From positions 21,946-85,945 of the forward strand of contig JBKEDD010000042.1 in assembly GCA_047975215.1 (NCBI GenBank): a stretch of 64,000 nt of DNA, written 5' to 3'. Source of the stretch: Jhaorihella sp. Its GTDB lineage: Bacteria > Pseudomonadota > Alphaproteobacteria > Rhodobacterales > Rhodobacteraceae. The notes under the pieces were generated by a model. The model was not told the origin of the DNA. It did no database searches and worked only from the letters and a program-made list of their open reading frames with translations. A program made the position numbers and the translations under genes. Positions 37,986 through 47,035 of the stretch are shown piece after piece; position 1 is the stretch's first letter, and the number at the start of each line of letters is the position of its first letter.

Positions 37986-38677
37986 GCTTTTGCGTCCCTG
38001 CTTTCAAAATACCAAAGGCGCTGACCGGCGATGATGCGGCGCCAGTCGCGCGACGTGTCCTTGAGGCCGAGAGGGTCGAGAATGGCATCCACCTCGGCGA
38101 CCTGTTCGGCGCTCGGTTCGGTGACGACGGCATCGACGCCGAGATCCTGAACATCGCCCGTCACCCAGACCTCGCCCTCCCAGAGCGCATCGGCGCAACT
38201 GCCGCCGGCGCCGCCCAGCGCGATGATCTTGCCGCCATGCGCCATGAAGCCGGACTGATATCCGATCTTGCCCTCGACGATTATGTTGCCGTCCTTCATG
38301 GCAACGCCGACGCGCGGTCCGCAATCGCCCTTGACGTGGATTGTGCCGCCCAGCATCGCGGCACCCACCGACATGCCGGCATAGCCGCCAACGGTGACAT
38401 GTCCGCCGCTCATCGCCTCGCCGCAGCCCCAGCCGGCGTTGCGTTCGATCTCGATGCGCGCTCCGGTGTTCAGACCGCCGCAGTAATAGCCGACCGAGCC
38501 TTCGAATCGGACCTTGCAGCCCGGCGGCAGCCCGACGCCAAGGTTGTGGCGCGACAGCGTGTTGGTGACGAGGATCGACTTGCCGGCACTCGCTGCCTCG
38601 AGGATCTCCATGTGAACTTCACGGACCGGGCGCTTGCCCACCTCGATGACGACCTCGTTGGTGACGACCTCGTTCAT
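37970..38677 (-). CDS. GXGXG-motif glutamate-synthase C-terminal-domain protein (subunit B-like)
   Basis: 235 aa with repeated G.G.G beta-helix strings (GSVGYYCGG, GGHVTVGGYAG, GGTIHVKG). Confidence 0.8.
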   Translation of the reverse strand: MNEVVTNEVVIEVGKRPVREVHMEILEAASAGKSILVTNTLSRHNLGVGLPPGCKVRFEGSVGYYCGGLNTGARIEIERNAGWGCGEAMSGGHVTVGGYAGMSVGAAMLGGTIHVKGDCGPRVGVAMKDGNIIVEGKIGYQSGFMAHGGKIIALGGAGGSCADALWEGEVWVTGDVQDLGVDAVVTEPSAEQVAEVDAILDPLGLKDTSRDWRRIIAGQRLWYFESRDAKAWLMI

Positions 38678-39621
38678 GCCGCTTCCCTCCGGTTGCCGAC
38701 GCCCCAGATGCCCTGCTGGGCCGGACCGTCGTAGTTGAGAATCGCGATGTCGTCGTCTTCCAAGACCCGGCGCACCGACTGTTCCTCGGTCGCTGCCGCG
38801 ATCTCGCCGTTTCGGTTGACCACGACCAGCGGCTTCATGGCGAACCGGTCCTTGGCAAAGCCGATCTGGTCGGGCATCGAGATCATGAAGGTGAAAACCC
38901 CGTCAATTTCCCGGATCGAACGGGTCAGGGCCTGGTCCATGCTCAGACCTTCCTTCATCCGGTCCGATACCCAGACGGCGATCAGTTCGCTGTCGTTATA
39001 GGTCAGGAACCGGTAGCCCTTGTGTTCCAGCCGGTTGCGCCAGGAATAGTAATCGGTGATCTGGCCGTTGTGCACGATGGCGACATCCGGAAAGGGGCGC
39101 GCCCAGAACGGGTGGCTGGCATTTGGCCGCACGTCGGACTCGGTGGCCAGCCGGGCATGGCCCAGACCGTGCGTGCCGATCATGTCGCGCACGCCATGCT
39201 TGTCGGCGACCTCGTAGGCGCCGCCGGTATCCTTGATGATTTCAAGCGACCGGCCTACCGACAGCATTTCGAGCCGCGTGCAGATTTCGTCCGCGTCCGC
39301 CGTCCAGCGCGCCAGATCGTCGGGTTCGGTGATCGTCATGCGCACCGAATAGTGGCTGGAGCGGCCGTTGTCCCAGGTCGGTTCGTCGATGAAGTCGCCG
39401 CCATGCTCCTTCAGGATGGCGCGAAACTCGTCGAGATCGCGCCCGAGCATGTCGCGATCGAACCCCATGGCCCGAACGATGTAGCCGTTGTCACGGGGTA
39501 CACCGTAGATGGCAAACCCGGTCGAATCCGCGCCCCTGTGTTCCTGCGCATCCATCAGCTCGACCAGATCGCGCCCGACCTGACCCGGCGCGTTCAGTAT
39601 TCTACCAGCAATTCCGCACAT
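38674..39621 (-). CDS. Class-II (Ntn) glutamine-amidotransferase-like protein (subunit A-like)
   Basis: MCGIAG N-terminal nucleophile. 315 aa. ATGA overlaps the next gene. Confidence 0.8.
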   Translation of the reverse strand: MCGIAGRILNAPGQVGRDLVELMDAQEHRGADSTGFAIYGVPRDNGYIVRAMGFDRDMLGRDLDEFRAILKEHGGDFIDEPTWDNGRSSHYSVRMTITEPDDLARWTADADEICTRLEMLSVGRSLEIIKDTGGAYEVADKHGVRDMIGTHGLGHARLATESDVRPNASHPFWARPFPDVAIVHNGQITDYYSWRNRLEHKGYRFLTYNDSELIAVWVSDRMKEGLSMDQALTRSIREIDGVFTFMISMPDQIGFAKDRFAMKPLVVVNRNGEIAAATEEQSVRRVLEDDDIAILNYDGPAQQGIWGVGNRREAA

Positions 39622-39646
39622 GGCGTCCCTTTCGAAATCAACGAGT

Positions 39647-39662
39647 ATACTGTATACAGTAT
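39647..39662. promoter_or_regulatory. Perfect 16-bp palindrome ATACTGTATACAGTAT (GntR-type operator) between the operon and gntR
   Basis: Read directly. Matches the GT-N-AC style of FadR/GntR boxes. Lies 26 nt upstream of the amidotransferase start. Confidence 0.55.
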
Positions 39663-39754
39663 TTTGTACGTTTCAACCGTTAAGAGATCGCGCCGCCATA
39701 TTCGTCTTTTCGACATGGCCTGAATAGGATAGCCATCCGGCGCAGGAGGCCCCG

Positions 39755-40417
39755 ATGCCCTTCAAACCACTGTCTCAGCCGCGCGTGCGCCTTGCCGATC
39801 AGGTCTATGACCAGATCATGCAGGCGATTCGCGACGGCTCGATTTCGCCGGACGACCGGATCGTCCAGGAAAAGCTGGCCGAGGAATTCGAGATCAGCCG
39901 CACGCCGATCCGCGAGGCCCTGTTCCGGATGGAGCAGGAAGGCATCCTGGTCGTCGCCGGGCGCGGCGGTTTCCGGATCCGGCGCCTCGAACAGGGCGAG
40001 ATCGCCGAACTCTACGGTGCCCGCGCCTCAATCGAGGGGTTCGCCGCGCGGCTGCTGGCCGAGTCGGGCGATGCGCAGACCTGTGAACGCCTGCGCCGGC
40101 AGATCACCGCAGCCGAAGACCTGAAGGTAAACACCGTAGAGGCCTATTTCGACGCCAACATGTCGATCCACCGCGCCTTCGTGCAGGCCACTGGCAACCG
40201 CTTTTTGCTGGAGTTCTTCGACAACATCTGGAACCGGGGTTCCTCGTTCACGCTGTTCGCCTCGATCCGCGGCGCGGATCTGTCGAAATCGCTGGGCGAT
40301 CACCTGGGCCTTGTGGATGCCATCGAGACCGGCAACGGATCGGCGGCTGCCGAAAAGATGATCGCGCATATCTATGACGGCGAGAAATTGCAGATGAAGG
40401 GCATGGACCTCGCCTGA
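39755..40417 (+). CDS. GntR-family regulator (FadR/FCD subfamily)
   Basis: 220 aa. LAEEFEISRTPIREAL HTH plus an FCD C-terminal domain. AGGAGG SD. Confidence 0.85.
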   Translation: MPFKPLSQPRVRLADQVYDQIMQAIRDGSISPDDRIVQEKLAEEFEISRTPIREALFRMEQEGILVVAGRGGFRIRRLEQGEIAELYGARASIEGFAARLLAESGDAQTCERLRRQITAAEDLKVNTVEAYFDANMSIHRAFVQATGNRFLLEFFDNIWNRGSSFTLFASIRGADLSKSLGDHLGLVDAIETGNGSAAAEKMIAHIYDGEKLQMKGMDLA

Positions 40418-40442
40418 ACCCCGACCCGGAAGGATGACGCAT

Positions 40443-41966
40443 ATGTACGAGCGCAACCATCTCGCCGCGCGCCTGCGCAAGGCCAGCATCGGGTTCGAGG
40501 ATGCGCCGTTCCTGCACGACCGGCAGACCGGGGAAACGGTGACATATGGCGACTTCTTCGCCAATGCCGAGAGAATGGCGGCGGTTCTCGCCGCTGCGGG
40601 GGTATGCCCCGGTGACCGGGTCGCGGTGCAGGCGCCCAAGACGCGGGCGATGCTGGAACTCTATGTTGGCACGGTCATGGCCGGGGGCGTCTTCCTGCCG
40701 CTGAACCCGGCCTATACCGGGGCCGAACTTGCCTATTTCCTGAACGATGCCGAACCGCGCCTGCTGGTCTGCGATCCCGGCAGGCGCGACACGCTCGGGC
40801 CGGTCGCCGAACAGGCCGGGGTCGCCGAGATCCTGACCATCGCCGCCGACGAGGGCGGCAGCCTGACCGCGCGGCGCGACCGTGCCGATCCGGGGTTTAC
40901 GGTGGTGGAACGCGGCCCCGACGATCTGGCCGCGATCCTTTACACCTCGGGCACCACGGGGCGGTCGAAAGGCGCGATGCTGACACATGACGCACTGGCT
41001 TCGAACTCGCAAACGCTCAGGGACTGCTGGCGCTTTGGCCGCGACGACGTGCTGATCCACGCCTTGCCGATCTTTCACACGCACGGGTTGTTCGTGGCCA
41101 CCAATATCGCGCTGATGTCGGGGTCGTCCTGCATCTTCCTTTCCGGGTTCGATGCCCGGACCGTTCTTGATTGCATGCCCCAAGCCACCGCGCTGATGGG
41201 GGTGCCCACCTTCTATGTGCGGCTACTTGAACTGGACGGGCTGGCGCGGGCTGCCGGGGGCATGCGCCTGTTCGTCTCCGGCTCGGCGCCGCTTCTGGCT
41301 GAAACCCACGACCGCTGGCGCAAGGTGACGGGCCATGCCATCCTTGAACGCTATGGCATGACCGAAACCAACATGAACACGTCCAACCCCTATGACGGCG
41401 AGCGGCGCGCCGGCACCGTCGGCTTCCCGCTGCCGGGGGTCGAACTCGTCGTGACCGACCCGGACACCGGCGCCGAACGGGAGCGGGGCGAGATCGGGGT
41501 TATCGAGGTGCGCGGGCCGAACGTGTTCGCCGGCTACTGGCGGATGCCCGAAAAGACCCGCGAAGAACTGCGCGAGAACGGCTTTTTCATCACCGGCGAT
41601 CTGGGCCGGATCGACGGCGACGGGTATGTCCATATCGTCGGGCGCGGCAAGGATCTTATCATCACCGGCGGCTATAACGTCTACCCCAAGGAGGTCGAAC
41701 TGCTGATCGACGACTTGCCCGGGGTGCGCGAAAGTGCCGTGATCGGCGTGCCGCATCCTGATTTCGGCGAAGCCGTGGTTGCCGTTGTGGTGCCCGAAAC
41801 GGGCGCCGCGCCGACGCCCGAACAGGTCATGGCCGGCATCGAAGCCGACCTGGCGCGCTTCAAACAGCCCAAACGCGTGTTCATCGTCGATGAACTGGTG
41901 CGCAACACCATGGGCAAGGTTCAGAAGAACGTGCTGCGCGAACGTTATCGCGCGGTCTTCGCCTGA
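40443..41966 (+). CDS. matB: Malonyl-CoA synthetase-like AMP-forming acyl-CoA ligase
   Basis: N-terminus and DRVAVQ..K...L.LY......G.V.LPLN.AYT..EL.YF..DAEPRL.VCDP resemble rhizobial MatB. AMP motif YTSGTTGRSKG. ATG 40443 is better spaced from GGAAGG than 40434. Confidence 0.65.
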   Translation: MYERNHLAARLRKASIGFEDAPFLHDRQTGETVTYGDFFANAERMAAVLAAAGVCPGDRVAVQAPKTRAMLELYVGTVMAGGVFLPLNPAYTGAELAYFLNDAEPRLLVCDPGRRDTLGPVAEQAGVAEILTIAADEGGSLTARRDRADPGFTVVERGPDDLAAILYTSGTTGRSKGAMLTHDALASNSQTLRDCWRFGRDDVLIHALPIFHTHGLFVATNIALMSGSSCIFLSGFDARTVLDCMPQATALMGVPTFYVRLLELDGLARAAGGMRLFVSGSAPLLAETHDRWRKVTGHAILERYGMTETNMNTSNPYDGERRAGTVGFPLPGVELVVTDPDTGAERERGEIGVIEVRGPNVFAGYWRMPEKTREELRENGFFITGDLGRIDGDGYVHIVGRGKDLIITGGYNVYPKEVELLIDDLPGVRESAVIGVPHPDFGEAVVAVVVPETGAAPTPEQVMAGIEADLARFKQPKRVFIVDELVRNTMGKVQKNVLRERYRAVFA

Positions 41967-41968
41967 GC

Positions 41969-41990
41969 GCCCGGCCACGGGGGGCCGGGC
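41969..41990. terminator. Hairpin GCCCGGCC-N6-GGCCGGGC between convergent matB and the ALDH7 gene
   Basis: Read directly. The spacer is only 29 nt. Confidence 0.45.
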
Positions 41991-41995
41991 CAGTT

Positions 41996-43504
41996 TCAGA
42001 TATCGAAGGATACCCCCTGCGCCAGCGGCAGTTCGGTGGAATAGTTCACCGTGTTGGTTGCCCGGCGCATATACCCCTTCCACGCGTCCGAGCCGGATTC
42101 GCGCCCGCCGCCGGTTTCCTTCTCACCGCCGAACGCGCCGCCGATTTCGGCGCCCGAGGTGCCGATATTGACGTTGGTGATGCCGCAGTCGGACCCCGAG
42201 GCACCCATGAAGCGTTCGGCCTCGCGCATGTCGAGCGTGAAGATCGACGCCGACAGCCCGGCACCGACGGCGTTGTGCATCTCGATCGCCTGCTCCAGCG
42301 TGTCGTATTTCATGACATAGAGGATCGGCGCGAAGGTCTCCTCGCAGACTATGCCGTCCTGCGCCGGCATCTCGGCCAGGGCGGGACGCGCGTACCAGGC
42401 GTTTTCGTCACCGGTCATGACGCGCTCGCCGCCGGTAATCGTGCCGCCCTGCTTTCGTGCCGAATCCAGCGCCGATTGCATCGCGTCAAAGGCGGGTTTA
42501 TCGATCAGCGGCCCGACCAGAAAGTCGCCCTCAAGCGGATTGCCGACCCGGACCGAGCCGTAGGCGCGGCGCAGCGGCTCGACCACCTCGTCATAGATGC
42601 TGCGATGCACGATCAGGCGGCGCATCGAGGTGCATCGCTGGCCGGCGGTGCCCATGGCGCCGAAGGCGACGGCGCGCACCGTCATGCCGATATCGGCCGA
42701 CGGGCAGACGATGCCGGCGTTGTTGCCGCCCAGTTCGAGGATCGACCGGGCAAAGCGGGCGGCCAGTTTCGGCGCCACGGCGCGCCCCATGCGGGTCGAG
42801 CCGGTGGCCGACAGCAGCGCCACGTCGCGGTGTTCGACCAGGCATTCGCCCAGTTCCGGCCCGCCGACCAGCACCGAAACGAGGTTCTCGGGCGCGTCGC
42901 CGAACCGGTCCAGCGCGCGTTGCAGCACCGCCATCGTCGCCAGCGCGGTCAGCGGCGTCTTTTCCGACGGTTTCCAGATCACCGGGTTGCCGCAGACCAG
43001 CGCCAGGGCGGCGTTCCACGAGAATACGGCAACGGGAAAGTTGAACGCGGTGATGACACCGACCACACCCAGCGGATGCCATTGTTCCATCATCCGGTGG
43101 CCCGGGCGTTCGGTGGCGATGGTCAGCCCGTATAGCTGGCGCGACAGGCCGACGGCAAAGTCGCATATGTCGATCATCTCCTGTACCTCGCCGGCGCCTT
43201 CCGACGGGATCTTGCCCACTTCGAGCGAGACCAGCCGGCCCAGATCGTCCTTGGCGGCGCGCAGTTCCTCGCCGAACAGGCGGATCAGCTCGCCGCGCCG
43301 CGGCGCCGGCACCTCGCGCCAAAGCGCGAACGCCTTGCGGGCGCGGCCGATGGCGTCTTCGGCGTCGGCCACGCCGTGGCGCTCAAGGCGCGCGATCTCG
43401 GTTCCGGTCAGCGGCGATTCGACGCAAAGATCGCCCCCCGTCAGCGATTGGGGCGCCACGCCCAGGCGTTTCAGCACGTCGCGGGTCTGGTCTGCTATGG
43501 TCAT
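41996..43504 (-). CDS. amaB: ALDH7-type aldehyde dehydrogenase (L-piperidine-6-carboxylate / alpha-aminoadipic semialdehyde dehydrogenase-like)
   Basis: Start MTIADQTRDVLKRLGV. EVQEMIDICDFAVGLSRQLYG block typical of ALDH7. The track ORF carries a 27-aa upstream extension. Confidence 0.65.
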   Translation of the reverse strand: MTIADQTRDVLKRLGVAPQSLTGGDLCVESPLTGTEIARLERHGVADAEDAIGRARKAFALWREVPAPRRGELIRLFGEELRAAKDDLGRLVSLEVGKIPSEGAGEVQEMIDICDFAVGLSRQLYGLTIATERPGHRMMEQWHPLGVVGVITAFNFPVAVFSWNAALALVCGNPVIWKPSEKTPLTALATMAVLQRALDRFGDAPENLVSVLVGGPELGECLVEHRDVALLSATGSTRMGRAVAPKLAARFARSILELGGNNAGIVCPSADIGMTVRAVAFGAMGTAGQRCTSMRRLIVHRSIYDEVVEPLRRAYGSVRVGNPLEGDFLVGPLIDKPAFDAMQSALDSARKQGGTITGGERVMTGDENAWYARPALAEMPAQDGIVCEETFAPILYVMKYDTLEQAIEMHNAVGAGLSASIFTLDMREAERFMGASGSDCGITNVNIGTSGAEIGGAFGGEKETGGGRESGSDAWKGYMRRATNTVNYSTELPLAQGVSFDI

Positions 43505-43534
43505 CCTGTCGGTCTCCGGCCTTGGAAATTCGCG

Positions 43535-43586
43535 CTTGGGCATGGCGTGGCGGGTCGATTCCCGTATTTCGCGCGCCATGCCCAAG
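43535..43586. promoter_or_regulatory. 13-bp perfect inverted repeat CTTGGGCATGGCG-N26-CGCCATGCCCAAG upstream of amaB
   Basis: Read directly. Located between the lysR stop and the amaB start. Confidence 0.3.
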
Positions 43587-43642
43587 ACTAGGCCAGGACC
43601 GGGTTTTGCCGAAATGTTCTTTCGGCAGGCTCAGATGCAGGA

Positions 43643-44569
43643 TCAGAATGAAGGCGTATCCGAGGCCTCGGCATCCCCGCTGCCCGGGATCAGCGACTTC
43701 ATCCAGTCCGCGAAGACCTGCGCGCCGGGCGATGCGGTCGCGCTGCCGGTGACGATATAATAGCTGTTGACGGTCTGCATGCGCCGGTCGTCAAGCTGAA
43801 TCAGCGTCCCCTCCGCCAGTTCCTGTTCGATCAGATAGGACGGCAGCAGAGCCGCGCCCAACCCGTGCACAGCCCCGGCGATGATCATCGTGAACTGATC
43901 GAAGACCTGGCCGGCAAAGACCTGGTCGCGGTCCAGACCGCAAGCGCCGAACCAGTCGCTCCAGGCGAAGGGACGGGTTTCGAGATGCAGAAGCGGCGCA
44001 CGGGCCAGGGTGTCGGGGCCGGTTATGCCGTGTACGCGGGCAAACCCGGGCGCGGCGACGGCAAGAAGGGTTTCGTCGCAAAGATGGCGCATCTGCGCGC
44101 CGGGCCAGTCGCGCTGGCCGAAATGGATGGCCATGTCGAACCGTTCCTCGGCCAGGTCGAACGGCGCCGTGCGGGCCGACAGGCTGATGCGGATGTCGGG
44201 CTGGCGGCGGGCGAAGTCGGGCAGGCGCGGAATCAGCCAGCGGCTGGCGAAGGTCGGCAACACGGCGACCCGCAGCGCGCCGCCCTGATCGCCTGCCGTT
44301 ATCGCCCGGAACACCGTCTGGCGCAGGCGTTCGAGGTCGGTTGCAAGCTGTCCCGCCAGATCGCGCCCGGCCCTGTTCAGCACGACCCGCCGGCCAGCGC
44401 GGTGGAACAGATCGGTACCCACGATGCGTTCCAGTTCGCGCACCTGACGGCTGATGGCGCTCTGGCTCAGGTGCAATTCCTCACCGGCCAGGGTAAAGCT
44501 CTCGTGGCGCGCGGCCGCTTCAAAGCTGCGCAGGACGGCGTGGGAAGGCAGGTGGCGCCTGGGGGTCAT
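43643..44569 (-). CDS. LysR-family transcriptional regulator (GcvA-like)
   Basis: 308 aa. LRSFEAAARHESFTLAGEELHLSQSAISRQVRELE HTH. Confidence 0.85.
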   Translation of the reverse strand: MTPRRHLPSHAVLRSFEAAARHESFTLAGEELHLSQSAISRQVRELERIVGTDLFHRAGRRVVLNRAGRDLAGQLATDLERLRQTVFRAITAGDQGGALRVAVLPTFASRWLIPRLPDFARRQPDIRISLSARTAPFDLAEERFDMAIHFGQRDWPGAQMRHLCDETLLAVAAPGFARVHGITGPDTLARAPLLHLETRPFAWSDWFGACGLDRDQVFAGQVFDQFTMIIAGAVHGLGAALLPSYLIEQELAEGTLIQLDDRRMQTVNSYYIVTGSATASPGAQVFADWMKSLIPGSGDAEASDTPSF

Positions 44570-44815
44570 GGCGGCGGTGTCCGTTCGGCTCGGGTAGGGC
44601 TTTCATGCCTTTTAGTCATTTGAGTGTCCGAAATCCACGCTTAACCCGGGCCGGATTGTGCGTAAGACACGGCGTTGGAGACCGCGCCCGAAACGGCGCC
44701 CGACCGCAATCGCGTGCAGGGTCGCTTTTGGGCCCACGCTGCGCGCGGGGTCTTGCGGGCGGTGCGCGCAGCGGATCAACTGGGCGGCAAGCGGGCCGAA
44801 GGGAAGGATACGGGA

Positions 44816-47035
44816 ATGGACCGGGCCGACGTGGTTCACGACAACTTTCTGCGCCGTGTCGGCGCGGGCGATTTTCCCGCCCCGGCCAGCGCGCGGCGCG
44901 CCGCCGATGCCGGGCTTGGCCCGGCGGCCCTCGCGGGCCTGTTTCTTGCCCAGTCGCAAAGCCGCCACCTCGACCGGCACGCGCGAAAGCTCCAGGCGCG
45001 CGGCCAGGCGTTCTATACCATCGGATCGTCGGGCCACGAGGGCAACGCCGCGGTCGCGGCGGCGCTGCGCCCGACAGATCCGGCGTTTCTGCACTACCGC
45101 AGCGGTGCATTTCAGGTCGCCCGCGCGGCGCAGGTTCCGGGCCAGACCCCGGTCTGGGACATGGCGCTGAGCTTCGCATCCTCGTCCGAAGACCCGATCT
45201 CGGGGGGGCGGCACAAGGTTCTCGGCTCCAAGGCGCTGAACATTCCGCCGCAGACCTCGACCATCGCCAGCCACCTGCCCAAGGCCGTCGGTGTCGCGCA
45301 TTCGCTGGGGCTGGCGCGGCGCAACCGGCCCGAACACATGGAATGGCCAGAAGATTCGGTGGTGCTGGCCAGTTTCGGCGATGCCTCGCTGAACCACTCC
45401 ACCACCCAGGGCGCGCTGAACAGCGCCGGCTGGACCGCCTGGCAAAGCGTGCCGCTGCCGCTGATCTTCCTGTGCGAGGACAACGGCATCGGCATTTCCA
45501 CCAAGTCGCCGCGCGGGTGGGTCGCTGCCAATGCGATGCACCGCCCCGGACTGCGCTATTTCGCCTGCAACGGTGTCGACGCGGTCGACACCTATGCCTG
45601 CGCCCGCGAGGTTGCCGACTGGGTGCGCCTCCAGCGCAAGCCGGCATTCCTGCACATGGGCTGCGTGCGCCTTTACGGCCATGCCGGCGCCGATGTGCAG
45701 ACCGCCTATCTGTCGCGCGAGGAGGTCGAGGCAAACGAGGCCGACGACCCGCTTTTGCACAGCGCGCGGCGCCTGGTTGAGGAGGCCGGGCTGAGTGCCG
45801 GCGAGGTTCTGGAGATCTACACCCAGACCGATGCCCGCGTGGGCGCCGTCGCCGAACAGGCGATTGCCCGCCCCCGGCTGGAAACCGCCGCCGGGGTTAT
45901 GGCCTCGATCGTGCCCCCGGCCCGCAAGGCCGCCACCGGCAACGGCCCGGCGCCGGGCGTGCGCGCGGCCGCGTTCGGCGCCGCCGATATGCGCGCCGCG
46001 GGCGAACCCCAGCACATGGCGAAACTGATCAACTTCGCCATGACCGATCTGATGCTCGAAATCCCCGAACTGGTCATGATGGGCGAGGACGTGGGCCGCA
46101 AGGGCGGGGTCTATGGCGTGACGCAGAAACTGCACGCCCGGTTCGGCCCGGCCCGCATGATCGACACGCTGCTTGACGAACAATCGATCCTCGGCCTGGC
46201 TATCGGCATGGCGCAGAACGGGTTCCTGCCGATGCCCGAGATCCAGTTCCTTGCCTATCTGCACAATGCCGAGGACCAGCTGCGCGGCGAGGCAGCGACG
46301 CTGCCGTTCTTTTCGAACGGGCAATACGCCAACCCGATGGTGCTGCGCATCGCCGGACTGGGCTATCAGCGCGGCTTTGGCGGGCATTTCCATAACGACA
46401 ATTCACTGGCGGTGCTGCGCGACATTCCGGGGCTGATGATCGCCTGCCCCTCGAACGGGCGCGATGCGGTGCTGATGCTGCGCGAGGCGGTGCGCCTGGC
46501 GCGCGAGGAACAGCGCATCGTGGCGATGGTCGAGCCCATCGCGCTTTACATGACGCGCGATCTGCACGAACCGGGCGACGGCGGCTGGATGCATCTCTAT
46601 CCGCAACCCGGCGAGGCGGCGCCGATAGCTCCCGGCGATGTCGGCGTGACCGGGTCGGGTACGGATCTGGCCATCGTGACCTATGGTAACGGCGTTTACC
46701 TGTCGCGCCAGGCGCGGCGCGCGCTGCGCGAGGCGCACGGTCTGGATGTACGCATCGTCGATATGCGCTGGCTGGCGCCCTTGCCGGCCGGGGCGATCCT
46801 TGCGGCACTGGAAGGCTGCGGCGCGGTTCTGGTGGTCGATGAATGCCGCCGCACCGGATCGCAAAGCGAGGCGCTGATGACGATGCTGGCTGAAAGCGGC
46901 ATCGCCCGTTGCGCCCGCGTCACCGCCGAGGACAGTTTCATCGCCACAGGTCCGGCCTATGCCGCGACGCTGCCTTCGGTGGCGGGCATCACGCAGGCGG
47001 CGGTGGCGCTGATCGGCGGGGAGGGTGCGCGATGA
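44816..47035 (+). CDS. Fused TPP-dependent 2-oxoacid dehydrogenase E1 alpha-beta protein
   Basis: N-terminal half is E1-alpha-like (GDASLNHS..EDNGIGIS). C-terminal half is a transketolase-like pyrimidine-binding plus C-terminal domain. Start MDRADVV follows GGAAGGA. No E2 or E3 gene nearby. Confidence 0.75.
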   Translation: MDRADVVHDNFLRRVGAGDFPAPASARRAADAGLGPAALAGLFLAQSQSRHLDRHARKLQARGQAFYTIGSSGHEGNAAVAAALRPTDPAFLHYRSGAFQVARAAQVPGQTPVWDMALSFASSSEDPISGGRHKVLGSKALNIPPQTSTIASHLPKAVGVAHSLGLARRNRPEHMEWPEDSVVLASFGDASLNHSTTQGALNSAGWTAWQSVPLPLIFLCEDNGIGISTKSPRGWVAANAMHRPGLRYFACNGVDAVDTYACAREVADWVRLQRKPAFLHMGCVRLYGHAGADVQTAYLSREEVEANEADDPLLHSARRLVEEAGLSAGEVLEIYTQTDARVGAVAEQAIARPRLETAAGVMASIVPPARKAATGNGPAPGVRAAAFGAADMRAAGEPQHMAKLINFAMTDLMLEIPELVMMGEDVGRKGGVYGVTQKLHARFGPARMIDTLLDEQSILGLAIGMAQNGFLPMPEIQFLAYLHNAEDQLRGEAATLPFFSNGQYANPMVLRIAGLGYQRGFGGHFHNDNSLAVLRDIPGLMIACPSNGRDAVLMLREAVRLAREEQRIVAMVEPIALYMTRDLHEPGDGGWMHLYPQPGEAAPIAPGDVGVTGSGTDLAIVTYGNGVYLSRQARRALREAHGLDVRIVDMRWLAPLPAGAILAALEGCGAVLVVDECRRTGSQSEALMTMLAESGIARCARVTAEDSFIATGPAYAATLPSVAGITQAAVALIGGEGAR

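Noticed and set aside
36546-39621. Assigning the gene symbols mgsABC (canonical methylamine N-methylglutamate synthase).
   Set aside because: Domain content fits. However, gmaS and mgdABCD are absent from the window and the downstream partners differ. Substrate identity cannot be inferred, so only family-level calls are given.
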